In this document: piece after piece, positions 26,641 to 39,460 of the stretch
Numbering within the stretch: position 1 is the stretch's first letter
How the letters are laid out: every line of letters starts with the position of its first letter
Assembly (NCBI GenBank): GCA_964016885.1
Contig: OZ024742.1
Coordinates: 277,450,001 to 277,514,000, forward strand
Direction: 5' to 3'
Length of the DNA stretch: 64,000 bases
From: Eledone cirrhosa
Lineage: Eukaryota
Made by a program: the position numbers and the translations under genes
The notes under the pieces: generated by a model
What the model was told of the DNA's origin: nothing
What the model saw: the letters and a program-made list of their open reading frames with translations, nothing else
The model's database searches: none

Positions 26641-27130
26641 TATCCTACGTATAAGAACTCATTTACGGGGGAAAAAATCATCTTCGATATTATATATATA
26701 TATACTAGACAAATCGGCACTACAACATATTAGCTATCAGTCCAGTGGAAAACAGGCGAAAGTGACGTCACTCGTTAACATCGTTTATTTCCGTATTACT
26801 ACCACGCGTAAGTGGAGTTTTCACGCGTTTTTTTTTTTTAGAGAGAGAGGGAACAGGAGAGATAGGAAAGAGAGAGAGAGAGGGAAGACTTAAAAGGGCT
26901 AAATTAGAAAACAAGTCTTGGTTATAAAGCATATCGATGTAAGTGGAGTTACTTAAATGAAAATATAGGTGGCCCTTAAAAGGGCCAAATTAGAAAACAA
27001 ATTTAAGTTAATTAGAAAACAAGTCATTCATAAATTTAAGTTTTATAATCAAATTTTTTTCACCAACAAATATGACAGCTAATAGCGTTGTAGTGCCCGC
27101 AATTCTGTATCTTTACGTATATTGCCGATA

Positions 27131-27365
27131 GATACGAAGGTTGACAAAGATACTCTCATGGAATGTGACGAAATGAGGTTTATTTTTCAACATAATCTCC
27201 CTTGCGTTCCACACACTTCTTCCATCGGTGTTGCAGTACTGAGATCAATGTTTTCCTCGGTAGTGGCAGTTGTAGGACGTCCAGACATTGGGTCATCTTC
27301 AAGAATCCCCTATCCTTTCCTAAATTCGGCTGCCCACTTTTGCACAAAGGAAAATTGTGGTACAA
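27131..27365 (-). mobile_element. Internally deleted mariner transposon remnant
   Basis: C-terminal RWKKCVERKGDYVEK fused to an HTH piece LEDDPMSGRPTTATTEENID. Confidence 0.8.
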
Positions 27366-28089
27366 TATTGTAAGGTCTGCTTATAGCATTATCCATCTTT
27401 CAAAAATGAAGGTCCACATTTCGTCGACTTCAATACATTTTATTACATTTTATTGTATTGTAAACATTAACTTTTATGGAAATTTTATTACAAAATTTCA
27501 ATTTAGTTCGATTTTTTGGAATTTATTTAACAAACATGGAAAAATAAGAAAAAGAATAAAATAATTTGATTGCCTTTAATAAAGAAGATAAATAGAGTGG
27601 AACTGATTTCCAGGTCATACTAATGAAACAAGGTTTTTTCCATTACTGATATTATCTGTCTGCCGCAAGTCCTGGTAGAAGATGCTACACGAACTAAAGT
27701 ATTTTACTGAAGGACGCAACATGCTGCAGGATCGAAGAAACGAGCCCATGACTTTATAATGGTTAGTCCAGTACCGTAACCCCTAAGGCATGTGCCTTAG
27801 AGGTTACGGTACTGGTACACAGAGGAAAGGTAAATCATATTATAACAGATTAGATGGGTACTATGTTAGATATTACTGTGTCATATTATACCAAAGAGGA
27901 AGTGTGCTGTATAATAAACATTGATATCAGGTTGATTCAATAACTACCCGGTCCCAAATATGAACCCATGAACTTATGGTCGTCAGTCAAACACTTTAAC
28001 CATTGGATGGATGGATGTATGTATGTGTGTATACATGTATGTGTGGATGGATGTATGCATGTATGTATAAGTATGTATGCGTGTATGAG

Positions 28090-30480
28090 AACAACTGGAA
28101 GGACATCAGGAGCTCGGTCTATGAGGCTTCAGCAGAGGTCCTTGGCTTTGTCACAAGAAAACAAGGACTGGTTTGATGAGAATGACCAGGAGGTCAAGGC
28201 TCTGCTAGACAGAAAACAAAAGGCACTTGATGCAGTTCTTAAAGGTGGTAACTCTGTTGGTGACAATTATGAGCGTTACAGACAGGTAAAGAAGGAAGTG
28301 CAGGTGAAACTCAGGGCTATGCAAAATACCTGGTGGAGCAACAAAGCAGATGAAGTTCAAGTGGCATCTGACAGCAACAATGTGAAACTCCCGCACTTTC
28401 TACTCATAGAGGTGTATGGCCCTTTCAGCTCTCCAGTGGCCCCTTTGAGATCGAAAGATGGCAAGCAATTACTGCGTGACCCAAAAGACACTCAACAGAT
28501 AGAGAGATCACTTTCATGAGCTCTTAAACCAGCCATCCCAGGTTGATGATGATTTCATTTGTTCCATTCCTATTGAACCAGTGAAGCATATGAGATGGCT
28601 AATGTATCCTCTCTTGCAGAGGGGACTTCTGTTGTCCATAAGCTGAACTGTGGTAAGTCTCCTGGTATGGATGGTCTGAGTGGAGCGGTTTTGAAGTGTG
28701 GTGGTGAAAACTTCACGCAGTGCCTGACTGACCTCATGAAAATGGTGTGGGAAGATGAGAATGTCCCACAAGAAGGATGCGCTCATGGTGATTCTCCATA
28801 AAGGAAAGGACAAATGTGGCAATTATCATGTCATATCCCTTCTTTCAGTAGTTGGTAAAGTCGTGTCGAATATTGATGGATAGATTGATCGCAAGAGTTG
28901 CTCTGAATGTGTTGCCTGAGTCGCAGTGTGGGTTCAGAAACGAAAGAGGAACAGTGGATATGATCGTTTCTGCTCGGCAGCTGCAAGAAAAGTGTATCGA
29001 ACAATGTATGGACCTTTACCAGGTCTTTGTTGACTTGACAAAGGCCTTTGACACTGTCAATCGAACTGCGTTGTGAGAAAAAAATCCAAGGTAGGGTAGA
29101 AGATTCTGCATCTTTTCCTTGATGACATGAAGGCTTTGGTCAGTATTGGTGGTAGCATCTCTGAACCAATATCAGTTGAAAATGGAGTGAAGCAGGGGGA
29201 CATTCCGGCTCCAACTCTGTTTTCCTTATATTTTATGATAGTGTTTCTCATGGCATTCAAATATTGTTCTCATGGGGTTTACATCAGGTATCGCACTTCA
29301 GGAAGGTTGTTCAACACCAGGCGCTTTGGTACAAGCACAAAAGTATTAACATCTATAATCCGAGAGTTTTTGTATGCAGACGACTGCGATCTTTTTGCAC
29401 ACTCACAAAGTAACATGCAGCATATTATGAACTCTTTTTTTGCAGCTTGCAGCACTTTGGGCGTCACAATAAGCTTGGAAATGACTGTTGTGATGTATCA
29501 GCCAGTACCTGGAAACGAGTACACTGCACCAAGTGTGTACGTGTACGGAAAGAGGCTAAAAGTTGCTGACAAGTTTGTTTACCTTGGTAGTACGTTGAAC
29601 ACTTCATGCACACATGATAATGAAATATCCTTAAGAATCAAGAAAGCCAGTGATGCTTTTGGACGGCTGCATCAACGTTTATGGTCCAGACGAGGTATCA
29701 CTATCGAAACCAAGGTGAAAGTGTATCTAACTTGTGTCGTCTCCTCTTTACTTTATGTTTGTGAAACGTGGGTCATATACAGAAAGCACCTCAAGGATCT
29801 GGAGAGATTTCACCAACAATCTCTTCATAAGTTACTTGGGGTGTGGTGGAAAATGTTCACCAGTGATTTGGAAGTTCTAGAACGGAGCAGGTGCGTGACT
29901 ATAGAGAGCATAATCTTTCGGTATCGGTTGAGGTGGTGCAGTCACGTGGTCCGGATGTCTGATGATTGTATTCCAAAGCAACTTCTCTATGGAGAACTGT
30001 GTGAAGGAAGGCGACCACCACATTAACCAAAAAGGCGGTACCGGGACTGTATCAGGGGTGTGCTGGAATTTCATCTGACGAATGGGAGAAAATGGCTGAC
30101 GAGCGTGTGAAGTGGAGACGTTTGATCAAGTCAGGTGGTGAACACTTTGAAACTCGTCGGAGAGAACACCTAACACTGAAAAGGAAGGTGAGGATTGAGA
30201 CTGTTCTGAACTGCCTGCTGTTGAACATCATCTGGTTTGCCAGCACTGGTCGAGTCAGCCTGAGCAAAGCTGGTTTGAATAGACATGAACAAAGTCATAT
30301 CAGTAGACATGTAGATCATGATCTGAAAAGGTGTAAGAAATGTACAAGCATGGGAGGTCTTAAAAGATACATGTGAACATACAGCCAGAACAAAGCAATA
30401 GAAGGTTTCGGGGGAGCCTAAAGTTGCCATGTATGTGCCAGAGAGTGCAAGTATTTGGCTGGTTTAAAGAGTCACATTTG
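28090..30480 (+). mobile_element. 5'-truncated RTE/BovB-like LINE, frameshifted
   Basis: DWFDEND, LPESQCGFR..RGTVDMI, FVDLTKAFDTVNR, GVKQGDIPAPTLF, FLYADDC, FVYLGS, LRWCSHVVRM..IPKQLLYGEL. Confidence 0.9.
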
Positions 30481-30559
30481 TGCTTCACATTTTTGAACAT
30501 TTTATCGGGCGATGGCAATACTTGAACACGAGTTTGCAGCCATCATGTAGTATGTATGT

Positions 30560-31190
30560 ATGTATGTATGTCGGGTCACTCTTGAGTGCTATTGGTAACA
30601 TGTAACCCAGTACAACCTGTCGCATGGTCGGGTCGTTGGCGACTAAACCGGCAACCCCACCAAGTTTACTTGGTGAGGAGGGTGATTTTGGACACCCTGC
30701 AGGACAAAAAACAAAACCTGACAAAGGGTGGAAGATCTCATAAGAGTCAACGGCCACCCAAAAGTGTGTAAATATGTATATACACAGATGTATGTATATG
30801 TATATGTGTATATACATGGGTGCATGTGTATGTACATGCGCGGGGACATAGAAATAATTGGGCTGGACACCCGATCGCGCGGTTAAATCACTGGGAGTGA
30901 AGGACCCCTAGCCTTTGTCAGGGCATTTTTCTAGGAGAAGGCAACTCAGGAAACTGGGATAACTCCGATATAAAACCTGCGGCTCAGTAGTTACCGATGA
31001 TGTTGATATTTTCTTCTTTTCGGGTTATAGCTAGTCTCTCAGAGAGTGGGATTGGCTCAGTGCACAGTCTTTCCTCATTTAAAAAAATATCTTCATGCAC
31101 AGGCATTGCACGATAGAATTAATTAATAATTATTAATAATGGTATATCGTGCAATGGCCATACTCGATAACGAGGGGGCAGCTATCATGT
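30560..31190 (+). mobile_element. Non-autonomous repeat with RTE-5'UTR-like head
   Basis: 3' part matches 7861-8333; 5' ~200 bp matches the reverse complement of the 52095-52270 and 61495-61618 ends. Confidence 0.7.
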
Positions 31191-31394
31191 ATGCATGCAT
31201 GCATGCATGTATGTATGTGTGTGTGTTTGAGTGTGGGTGTGTATGTATATATATATGTGCATGTGGGTGTGTATATATATATCTCCATATACATATTTAT
31301 TCAGCTGATATAGGCTGGATTGGTTGGAATATTCTGACGCAAATTCTTTCTGTTAAATCGAAACAAATCTTGACTTTTTATTTGAGGTTTTCTA

Positions 31395-32035
31395 TATAAG
31401 AGACCGGGAGACCATGTTGATACTATGAAGGCCATTTGTCCTAAGCCGCCTGGACTATTGCTCTCAGCTGTGGTCACCCCATAGTATCAAACTAACCACG
31501 GAACTTGAGACAATCCAACGAAGCTACACCAAGAGGATTGCATGATGAAGGAGATGAGCTACTGGGAGAGGCTAAAAGAACTGAAACTCTACTCCTTGGA
31601 ACGAAGACGGGAGAGATACGCAGGGATATACATATGGAAAATCCTGGAGGGACTAGCGCCAAACTTTGGTATTGAGAGCGGGACCAACCCCCGAACAGGA
31701 CGTCACTGTGTGGTGACAAAGGTCCCGTCTTCCACATCTAGAACAAGAAGCAGATATTGCAATAGACTGGGGTTCAAAGGCCCTCAACTCTTCAACAAAC
31801 TGCCGAGGGATTTGAGAGATCTACATGGTGTGGCCGTGGATATTTTCGAGAAACTTCTCGACACCTGTTATCCAGGATCCCGGATGAGCCCACATCACGG
31901 TACGAAGGTAACCTAAGGGCAGCAGCAACGAACTCCCTCTTACATGAATGGCCAGCCAACACAGGCTGGAGATAGAATGTGTAGCAACAAGGGCAGTGCC
32001 CAATCATGGTCTCAGCCGGATGGCTGAAACAGCTA
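31395..32035 (+). mobile_element. CR1/L2-group LINE 3' fragment; second copy at about 38735-39070 (-)
   Basis: LSRLDYCSQLWSP; YWERLKELKLYSLERRRERY..IYIWKILEGL; GPQLFNKLP. Confidence 0.8.
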
Positions 32036-32299
32036 AAAGAGTATATATATATATTTAATATAGAAATGGCTTCAACAGGACTAGAACTGTTTCATTCGGA
32101 GGAAATCATCAGAAAAGCCGACTGTCTATATAATATGGTGGTAGGGGAGGGTAGTAAATTGATGTTAAGTAGACATCCACATACACACTGACAGGCACTC
32201 CTAATTTTCAAGATTCATTTATTCCAAACAAACAAAGGGTTTTCATTGAGTGGCAATATTAAAATGCTCTGCTAAAAGATATAAATATGTGTTTGTGTG

Positions 32300-32330
<31 letters not shown>

Positions 32331-32335
32331 TTGTG

Positions 32336-32375
<40 letters not shown>

Positions 32376-32603
32376 AGTATGCATGTATACGTACATACAT
32401 ATATGTATACAGACGTACAGTAGCATGCACATATATATATATATATACACATATATACATACATATGCATACAGGTACACATACATATATGCACGTATCA
32501 GTTTAGCGGCGCTAACGTCGCTTTGTTCGTTTGTAAACAAACTGAACAGCCTGAATTTATGCCATACGGTGTTAAGGCAACCACGTCACCTTTTTGTTCA
32601 ACA

Positions 32604-32672
32604 CTGACACAGGAACGATGTACTAGTTTCAAGCTTGTTAGCTATCATCAGCACCGTTTACCCATCTGCCAG
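32604..32672 (-). ncRNA. Type I hammerhead ribozyme (inverted-arm copy)
   Basis: Reverse complement of 33431-33499. Confidence 0.8.
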
Positions 32673-33430
32673 ATAGTTGAACGTTCGAAAGTATATACTT
32701 TCCTTATGAAAATTAACGGCTGAGCAGCCTAATTTGCATATTGAGTGAGTTAAATCGGTCAGGCATACCGAAAACGATAAATTAAAACAAAATGAAAACG
32801 AAATTTCATTTCTCACTCTTAGTATGGCACTTACTTAAATGTAAGTATGCATGTATACGTACATACATATATGTATACAGACGTACAGTAGCATGCACAT
32901 ATATATATATATATACACATATATACATACATATGCATACAGGTACACATACATATATGCACGTATCAGTTTAGCGGCGCTAACGTCGCTTTGTTCGTTT
33001 GTAAACAAACTGAACAGCCTGAATTTATGCCATACGGTGTTAAGGCAACCACGTCACCTTTTTTTTTTTTTTTTTTTTTTTTAGGCTGTTCAGTTTGTTT
33101 ACAAACGAACAAAGCGACGTTAGCGCCGCTAAACTGATACGTGCATATATGTATGTGTACCTGTATGCATATGTATGTATATATGTGTATATATATATAT
33201 ATATGTGCATGCTACTGTACGTCTGTATACATATATGTATGTACGTATACATGCATACTTACATTTAAGTAAGTGCCATACTAAGAGTGAGAAATGAAAT
33301 TTCGTTTTCATTTTGTTTTAATTTATCGTTTTCGGTATGCCTGACCGATTTAACTCACTCAATATGCAAATTAGGCTGCTCAGCCGTTAATTTTCATAAG
33401 GAAAGTATATACTTTCGAACGTTCAACTAT

Positions 33431-33499
33431 CTGGCAGATGGGTAAACGGTGCTGATGATAGCTAACAAGCTTGAAACTAGTACATCGTTCCTGTGTCAG
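33431..33499 (+). ncRNA. Type I hammerhead ribozyme; identical copies start at 33899, 34367, 34835, 35303, 35771
   Basis: Stem I AACGGUG/CAUCGUU (extended by CUGGCA/UGUCAG), CUGAUGA (33452-33458), stem II U-AGCU-aaca-AGCU-U, GAAA (33473-33476), palindromic stem III ACUAGU, triplet GUA, predicted cut after 33482. Confidence 0.82.
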
Positions 33500-36130
33500 T
33501 GTTGAACAAAAAGGTGACGTGGTTGCCTTAACACCGTATGGCATAAATTCAGGCTGTTCAGTTTGTTTACAAACGAACAAAGCGACGTTAGCGCCGCTAA
33601 ACTGATACGTGCATATATGTATGTGTACCTGTATGCATATGTATGTATATATGTGTATATATATATATATATGTGCATGCTACTGTACGTCTGTATACAT
33701 ATATGTATGTACGTATACATGCATACTTACATTTAAGTAAGTGCCATACTAAGAGTGAGAAATGAAATTTCGTTTTCATTTTGTTTTAATTTATCGTTTT
33801 CGGTATGCCTGACCGATTTAACTCACTCAATATGCAAATTAGGCTGCTCAGCCGTTAATTTTCATAAGGAAAGTATATACTTTCGAACGTTCAACTATCT
33901 GGCAGATGGGTAAACGGTGCTGATGATAGCTAACAAGCTTGAAACTAGTACATCGTTCCTGTGTCAGTGTTGAACAAAAAGGTGACGTGGTTGCCTTAAC
34001 ACCGTATGGCATAAATTCAGGCTGTTCAGTTTGTTTACAAACGAACAAAGCGACGTTAGCGCCGCTAAACTGATACGTGCATATATGTATGTGTACCTGT
34101 ATGCATATGTATGTATATATGTGTATATATATATATATATGTGCATGCTACTGTACGTCTGTATACATATATGTATGTACGTATACATGCATACTTACAT
34201 TTAAGTAAGTGCCATACTAAGAGTGAGAAATGAAATTTCGTTTTCATTTTGTTTTAATTTATCGTTTTCGGTATGCCTGACCGATTTAACTCACTCAATA
34301 TGCAAATTAGGCTGCTCAGCCGTTAATTTTCATAAGGAAAGTATATACTTTCGAACGTTCAACTATCTGGCAGATGGGTAAACGGTGCTGATGATAGCTA
34401 ACAAGCTTGAAACTAGTACATCGTTCCTGTGTCAGTGTTGAACAAAAAGGTGACGTGGTTGCCTTAACACCGTATGGCATAAATTCAGGCTGTTCAGTTT
34501 GTTTACAAACGAACAAAGCGACGTTAGCGCCGCTAAACTGATACGTGCATATATGTATGTGTACCTGTATGCATATGTATGTATATATGTGTATATATAT
34601 ATATATATGTGCATGCTACTGTACGTCTGTATACATATATGTATGTACGTATACATGCATACTTACATTTAAGTAAGTGCCATACTAAGAGTGAGAAATG
34701 AAATTTCGTTTTCATTTTGTTTTAATTTATCGTTTTCGGTATGCCTGACCGATTTAACTCACTCAATATGCAAATTAGGCTGCTCAGCCGTTAATTTTCA
34801 TAAGGAAAGTATATACTTTCGAACGTTCAACTATCTGGCAGATGGGTAAACGGTGCTGATGATAGCTAACAAGCTTGAAACTAGTACATCGTTCCTGTGT
34901 CAGTGTTGAACAAAAAGGTGACGTGGTTGCCTTAACACCGTATGGCATAAATTCAGGCTGTTCAGTTTGTTTACAAACGAACAAAGCGACGTTAGCGCCG
35001 CTAAACTGATACGTGCATATATGTATGTGTACCTGTATGCATATGTATGTATATATGTGTATATATATATATATATGTGCATGCTACTGTACGTCTGTAT
35101 ACATATATGTATGTACGTATACATGCATACTTACATTTAAGTAAGTGCCATACTAAGAGTGAGAAATGAAATTTCGTTTTCATTTTGTTTTAATTTATCG
35201 TTTTCGGTATGCCTGACCGATTTAACTCACTCAATATGCAAATTAGGCTGCTCAGCCGTTAATTTTCATAAGGAAAGTATATACTTTCGAACGTTCAACT
35301 ATCTGGCAGATGGGTAAACGGTGCTGATGATAGCTAACAAGCTTGAAACTAGTACATCGTTCCTGTGTCAGTGTTGAACAAAAAGGTGACGTGGTTGCCT
35401 TAACACCGTATGGCATAAATTCAGGCTGTTCAGTTTGTTTACAAACGAACAAAGCGACGTTAGCGCCGCTAAACTGATACGTGCATATATGTATGTGTAC
35501 CTGTATGCATATGTATGTATATATGTGTATATATATATATATATGTGCATGCTACTGTACGTCTGTATACATATATGTATGTACGTATACATGCATACTT
35601 ACATTTAAGTAAGTGCCATACTAAGAGTGAGAAATGAAATTTCGTTTTCATTTTGTTTTAATTTATCGTTTTCGGTATGCCTGACCGATTTAACTCACTC
35701 AATATGCAAATTAGGCTGCTCAGCCGTTAATTTTCATAAGGAAAGTATATACTTTCGAACGTTCAACTATCTGGCAGATGGGTAAACGGTGCTGATGATA
35801 GCTAACAAGCTTGAAACTAGTACATCGTTCCTGTGTCAGTGTTGAACAAAAAGGTGACGTGGTTGCCTTAACACCGTATGGCATAAATTCAGGCTGTTCA
35901 GTTTGTTTACAAACGAACAAAGCGACGTTAGCGCCGCTAAACTGATACGTGCATATATGTATGTGTACCTGTATGCATATGTATGTATATATGTGTATAT
36001 ATATATATATATGTGCATGCTACTGTACGTCTGTATACATATATGTATGTACGTATACATGCATACTTACATTTAAGTAAGTGCCATACTAAGAGTGAGA
36101 AATGAAATTTCGTTTTCATTTTGTTTTAAT

Positions 36131-36250
<120 letters not shown>

Positions 36251-36268
36251 GTGTGATGTGTGTGTGTG

Positions 36269-37259
36269 CAAATTTCAATAATATTAAGACACCCTAATGG
36301 GGGTTAAACGCCCTATAGTGAAAAGTTTGGCCAATAAATGGAACAAGATTTTACGAACGCCTCCTATGGTTTTGGAGATAGACCCCCATAACCATATATA
36401 TTCTGAAACTACATTGCCCAGGGTACTTGTATAAGTATATTTCATTTTAATCAAAGGGTTCATTGGGGGCACAAAACCACCGCTGAAACTTTACCTTCGA
36501 TTTATATGAAATTTAAACCATAGGTAAATGACAAGATATGATGCCTATTCACAAAATTTCAATAAAATTAAAATACCCTAATTGGGGTTAAACCCCCTAT
36601 TAGGGTTCACCGGTGGCACAAACCCCTGCTGAAAATGTTTTCCCTTCGATTTATATACAATTTAAACCATAGGTAAGTGACAAGATATGATGCCTATTCA
36701 CATCATTTCAGTAAATTTCAATAAAATTACAATACCCTAATGGGGGTTAAACCCCCTATTAGGGTTCACCAGGGGGCACAAAATCCCCGCTGAAAATTTT
36801 TTCGGTTCGATTTATATGCAATTTAAACCATAGATAAATGAAGAGATATGATGCCTATTCACAAAATTTCAATACTATAAGACACCTCAATGGTGGTTAA
36901 ACCCCCTATTAGGGTTCCCCGGGGGTACAAACCCCCGCTGAAAACTTTTCCCTTTCGATTTATATGAAACTTAAACCATAGGTAAATGACAAGATATGCT
37001 CCCTATTCACAAAAGTTTTCAATTGATATTTTGAAAAAAATTATTTACAAGAAACAAAATAAGAATAAGATTTAATAATGCAATTTTGATTTGATATATT
37101 ACAAAAAATGATGTTTTCCAATTTTTCATGCATTATATTTTACATTGAGTAATATTGAGTTTTTCTCCATAAATTATATCACTGATTTAAAATCAATCAT
37201 CATTTTCTTACAAAAAAAATGAGTGAAACGCAGCAAGGCGCTGGTAATTCGGTTAGTAT
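36269..37259 (+). mobile_element. Non-autonomous Helitron-like element with an internal ~150-160-bp minisatellite
   Basis: About four repeats of aaatttcaataa..ccctaat.ggggttaaaccccctattaggg..ttcgatttatat..aaaccataggtaaatgacaagatatgatgcctattcac; 3' end hairpin-like gcagcaaggcgctgg followed by ttagt. Confidence 0.55.
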
Positions 37260-37539
37260 ATATATATATATGTGAGTGTGTGTATATATGTGTGTGTGCT
37301 CATTATGTAGGAGAGGTGTAGGTAGAAACTCCATCCTCTGCCCCATATGCAAACTATGGGTACACAAAAGATGTAGTGGGATTTCAGGAAGTTAAGTTAA
37401 GAATGTAGGCTTTACATGTAGCAGTTGCACCAGGACAGTAAGCAGCAAACAATCACTGAAAACAAGTGACATCAAAGTCTGGGAGGACTTGGTAAAAACA
37501 ATACCGAATTAGCAGCGGAGGGGGGGTGTTATGAAAGAA

Positions 37540-38010
37540 CGGGATGGAAGAAGTTGAGGGAGCTACTGCCACAGCTGGATACAAAAGGCTTTTCCCTCAG
37601 AATAAAAGGTAGACTGTATGATGTGTGCATATGAACGGCAATGTTGCATGGTAGTGAGAGTTGGGCGCTGTGTGTAGAAGACTTGCGTAGATTAGAAAGG
37701 AATGAAGCTTGTATGCTCCAATGGATGTGTAATAGTAATATACGCGAACAGCAAAGCATAAACAAACTGAAAGAGAAACTAGGCATAAGAGGAATCAAAT
37801 GTGTGCAGGAGAGGAGATTATGTTGCTATGGACATGTAATTCGTATGAAGGATGACAGCTACATAAAGTCCCAGAAAGACTTGAGATGAAGTGATAAAAG
37901 CCGACCTTGCCCAATTGCACCTCTGAAAGGCAATGACACAGGACCAAGATCTCTGGTGTTATGAGGTAATAGAGAAACCCCAACTTCCCACAGGCCCAGG
38001 CCAAGGCTGA
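37540..38010 (+). mobile_element. RTE LINE 3' fragment
   Basis: MLHGSESWALCVEDLRRLERNEACMLQWMCN; internally deleted. Confidence 0.8.
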
Positions 38011-38284
38011 AATATACATACAGTATGCATCACTCCATCCCACCCACCAATATATCTTTCATGAGAACAGGACGAAACACTGTAAAGTGGTCGTGATGGT
38101 GACACGGTAAAAAACACCCAGTCCACACTGTAAAGTAGTCGTGGAGGAATCACAACAAAAAACACCCAGTACTCACTGTAAATGAGCTTGGCATTAGGAA
38201 GGGCATCCAGCTGTAGAAACCAAGCCAAAATCAGTTCTTTATGAGCAAGACATGGTCACCTGACCTAACATTGCCAACAATAGA

Positions 38285-38425
38285 AGGCACATGGCTCAGT
38301 GGTTAGAGCATCGGGCTTGCAATTGAAAGGTTGTGAGTTTAATTCTCGGACCGAGTGATGTGTTGTTTTCTTGAGCAAGACACTTTATTTCACATTGCTC
38401 CAGCTTACTCAGCTGTAGAAATGAG
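38285..38425 (+). mobile_element. Second tRNA-derived SINE family; reverse copies at about 39300-39420 and 41470-41605
   Basis: A box tggctcagtggttagagc, tRNA-like head, cttgagcaagacactttatttcacattgctccag body. Confidence 0.75.
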
Positions 38426-39419
38426 ATGATAGGACTGGGGTCCCTATCATTCCACTGCAAAGTGGTCGTGGAGGTGCCACGGCAAGAAAAAAAAAACACC
38501 CAGCACTCACTGTAAATGAGGTTGGTGTTAGGAAGGGCATCCAGCTGTAGAAATCAAGACAGAATCAGTTCCTGTATGAGCAAGACAAGGTCAGCCGACC
38601 GAACACTGCCCACAACAGGACAACCCATGCTAGCGTAGAAGACCTGTCATAAAATGATGATGAAATATAACAGAGTTTTATAGCTTGCTTGAAGCATTGA
38701 TGAATAGGAAACACAAATTTAAATTTTGAAAACCAAGTTGAGGGCCTTTGAACCCCAGGCTATTGCAATAGCTGCTCCTGATTCTAGATGTGGAAGACGG
38801 GACCTTTGGTACCACACAGTGACGTCCTGTTCGAGAATTGGTCCAGCTCTCAATGCGAAAGTTTGGTCTTAGTCCTCGCAGGATTTTCTATATGTATATC
38901 ATTGCATATCTCTCCCATCTTCATTCCGAGGAGTAGAGTTTCAGTTCTTTTAGACTCTCCCAGTAGTTTATCTCCTTCATCGTGGCAACCTTCTTGGTGT
39001 AGCTTCATTGGATTGCTTCAAGCTCCATGATTAGTTTGATACTATTGGGTGACCACAGCTGGGAGCATTCATTTTACGTCCACTTTTTCCCTGCTTGCAA
39101 GGGTGGGACGGGAACTGATTCTGGGTTGATTTCTACAGCTGGATACCCTTCCTAACACCAACCTCATTTACAGTGAGTGCTGGGTGCTTTTTTCCCCGTA
39201 GCACCTCCACATCCACTTTACAGTGTGGGCTGGGTGCTTTTTTGCTGTGGCACCTCCACAACCACTTTGCAGTGGAATGATAGGGACCCCAGTCTTATCT
39301 CATTTCTATAGCTGAGTAAACTGGAGCAATGTGAAATAAAGTGTCTTGCTCAAGGAAACAACACATCACCCGGTGTGAGAATTGAACTCACAACCTTTCG
39401 ATTGCAAAGCCAATGCTCT

Positions 39420-39460
<41 letters not shown>

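Noticed and set aside
32523-36119. Repeated 60-77 aa ORFs in the 468-bp array
   Set aside because: Microsatellite-derived Y/I/H/T peptides with no domain; they only reflect the repeat period.
38285-38365. tRNA gene
   Set aside because: The tRNA-like head runs into a SINE body, the B box is degenerate, and several diverged copies exist.
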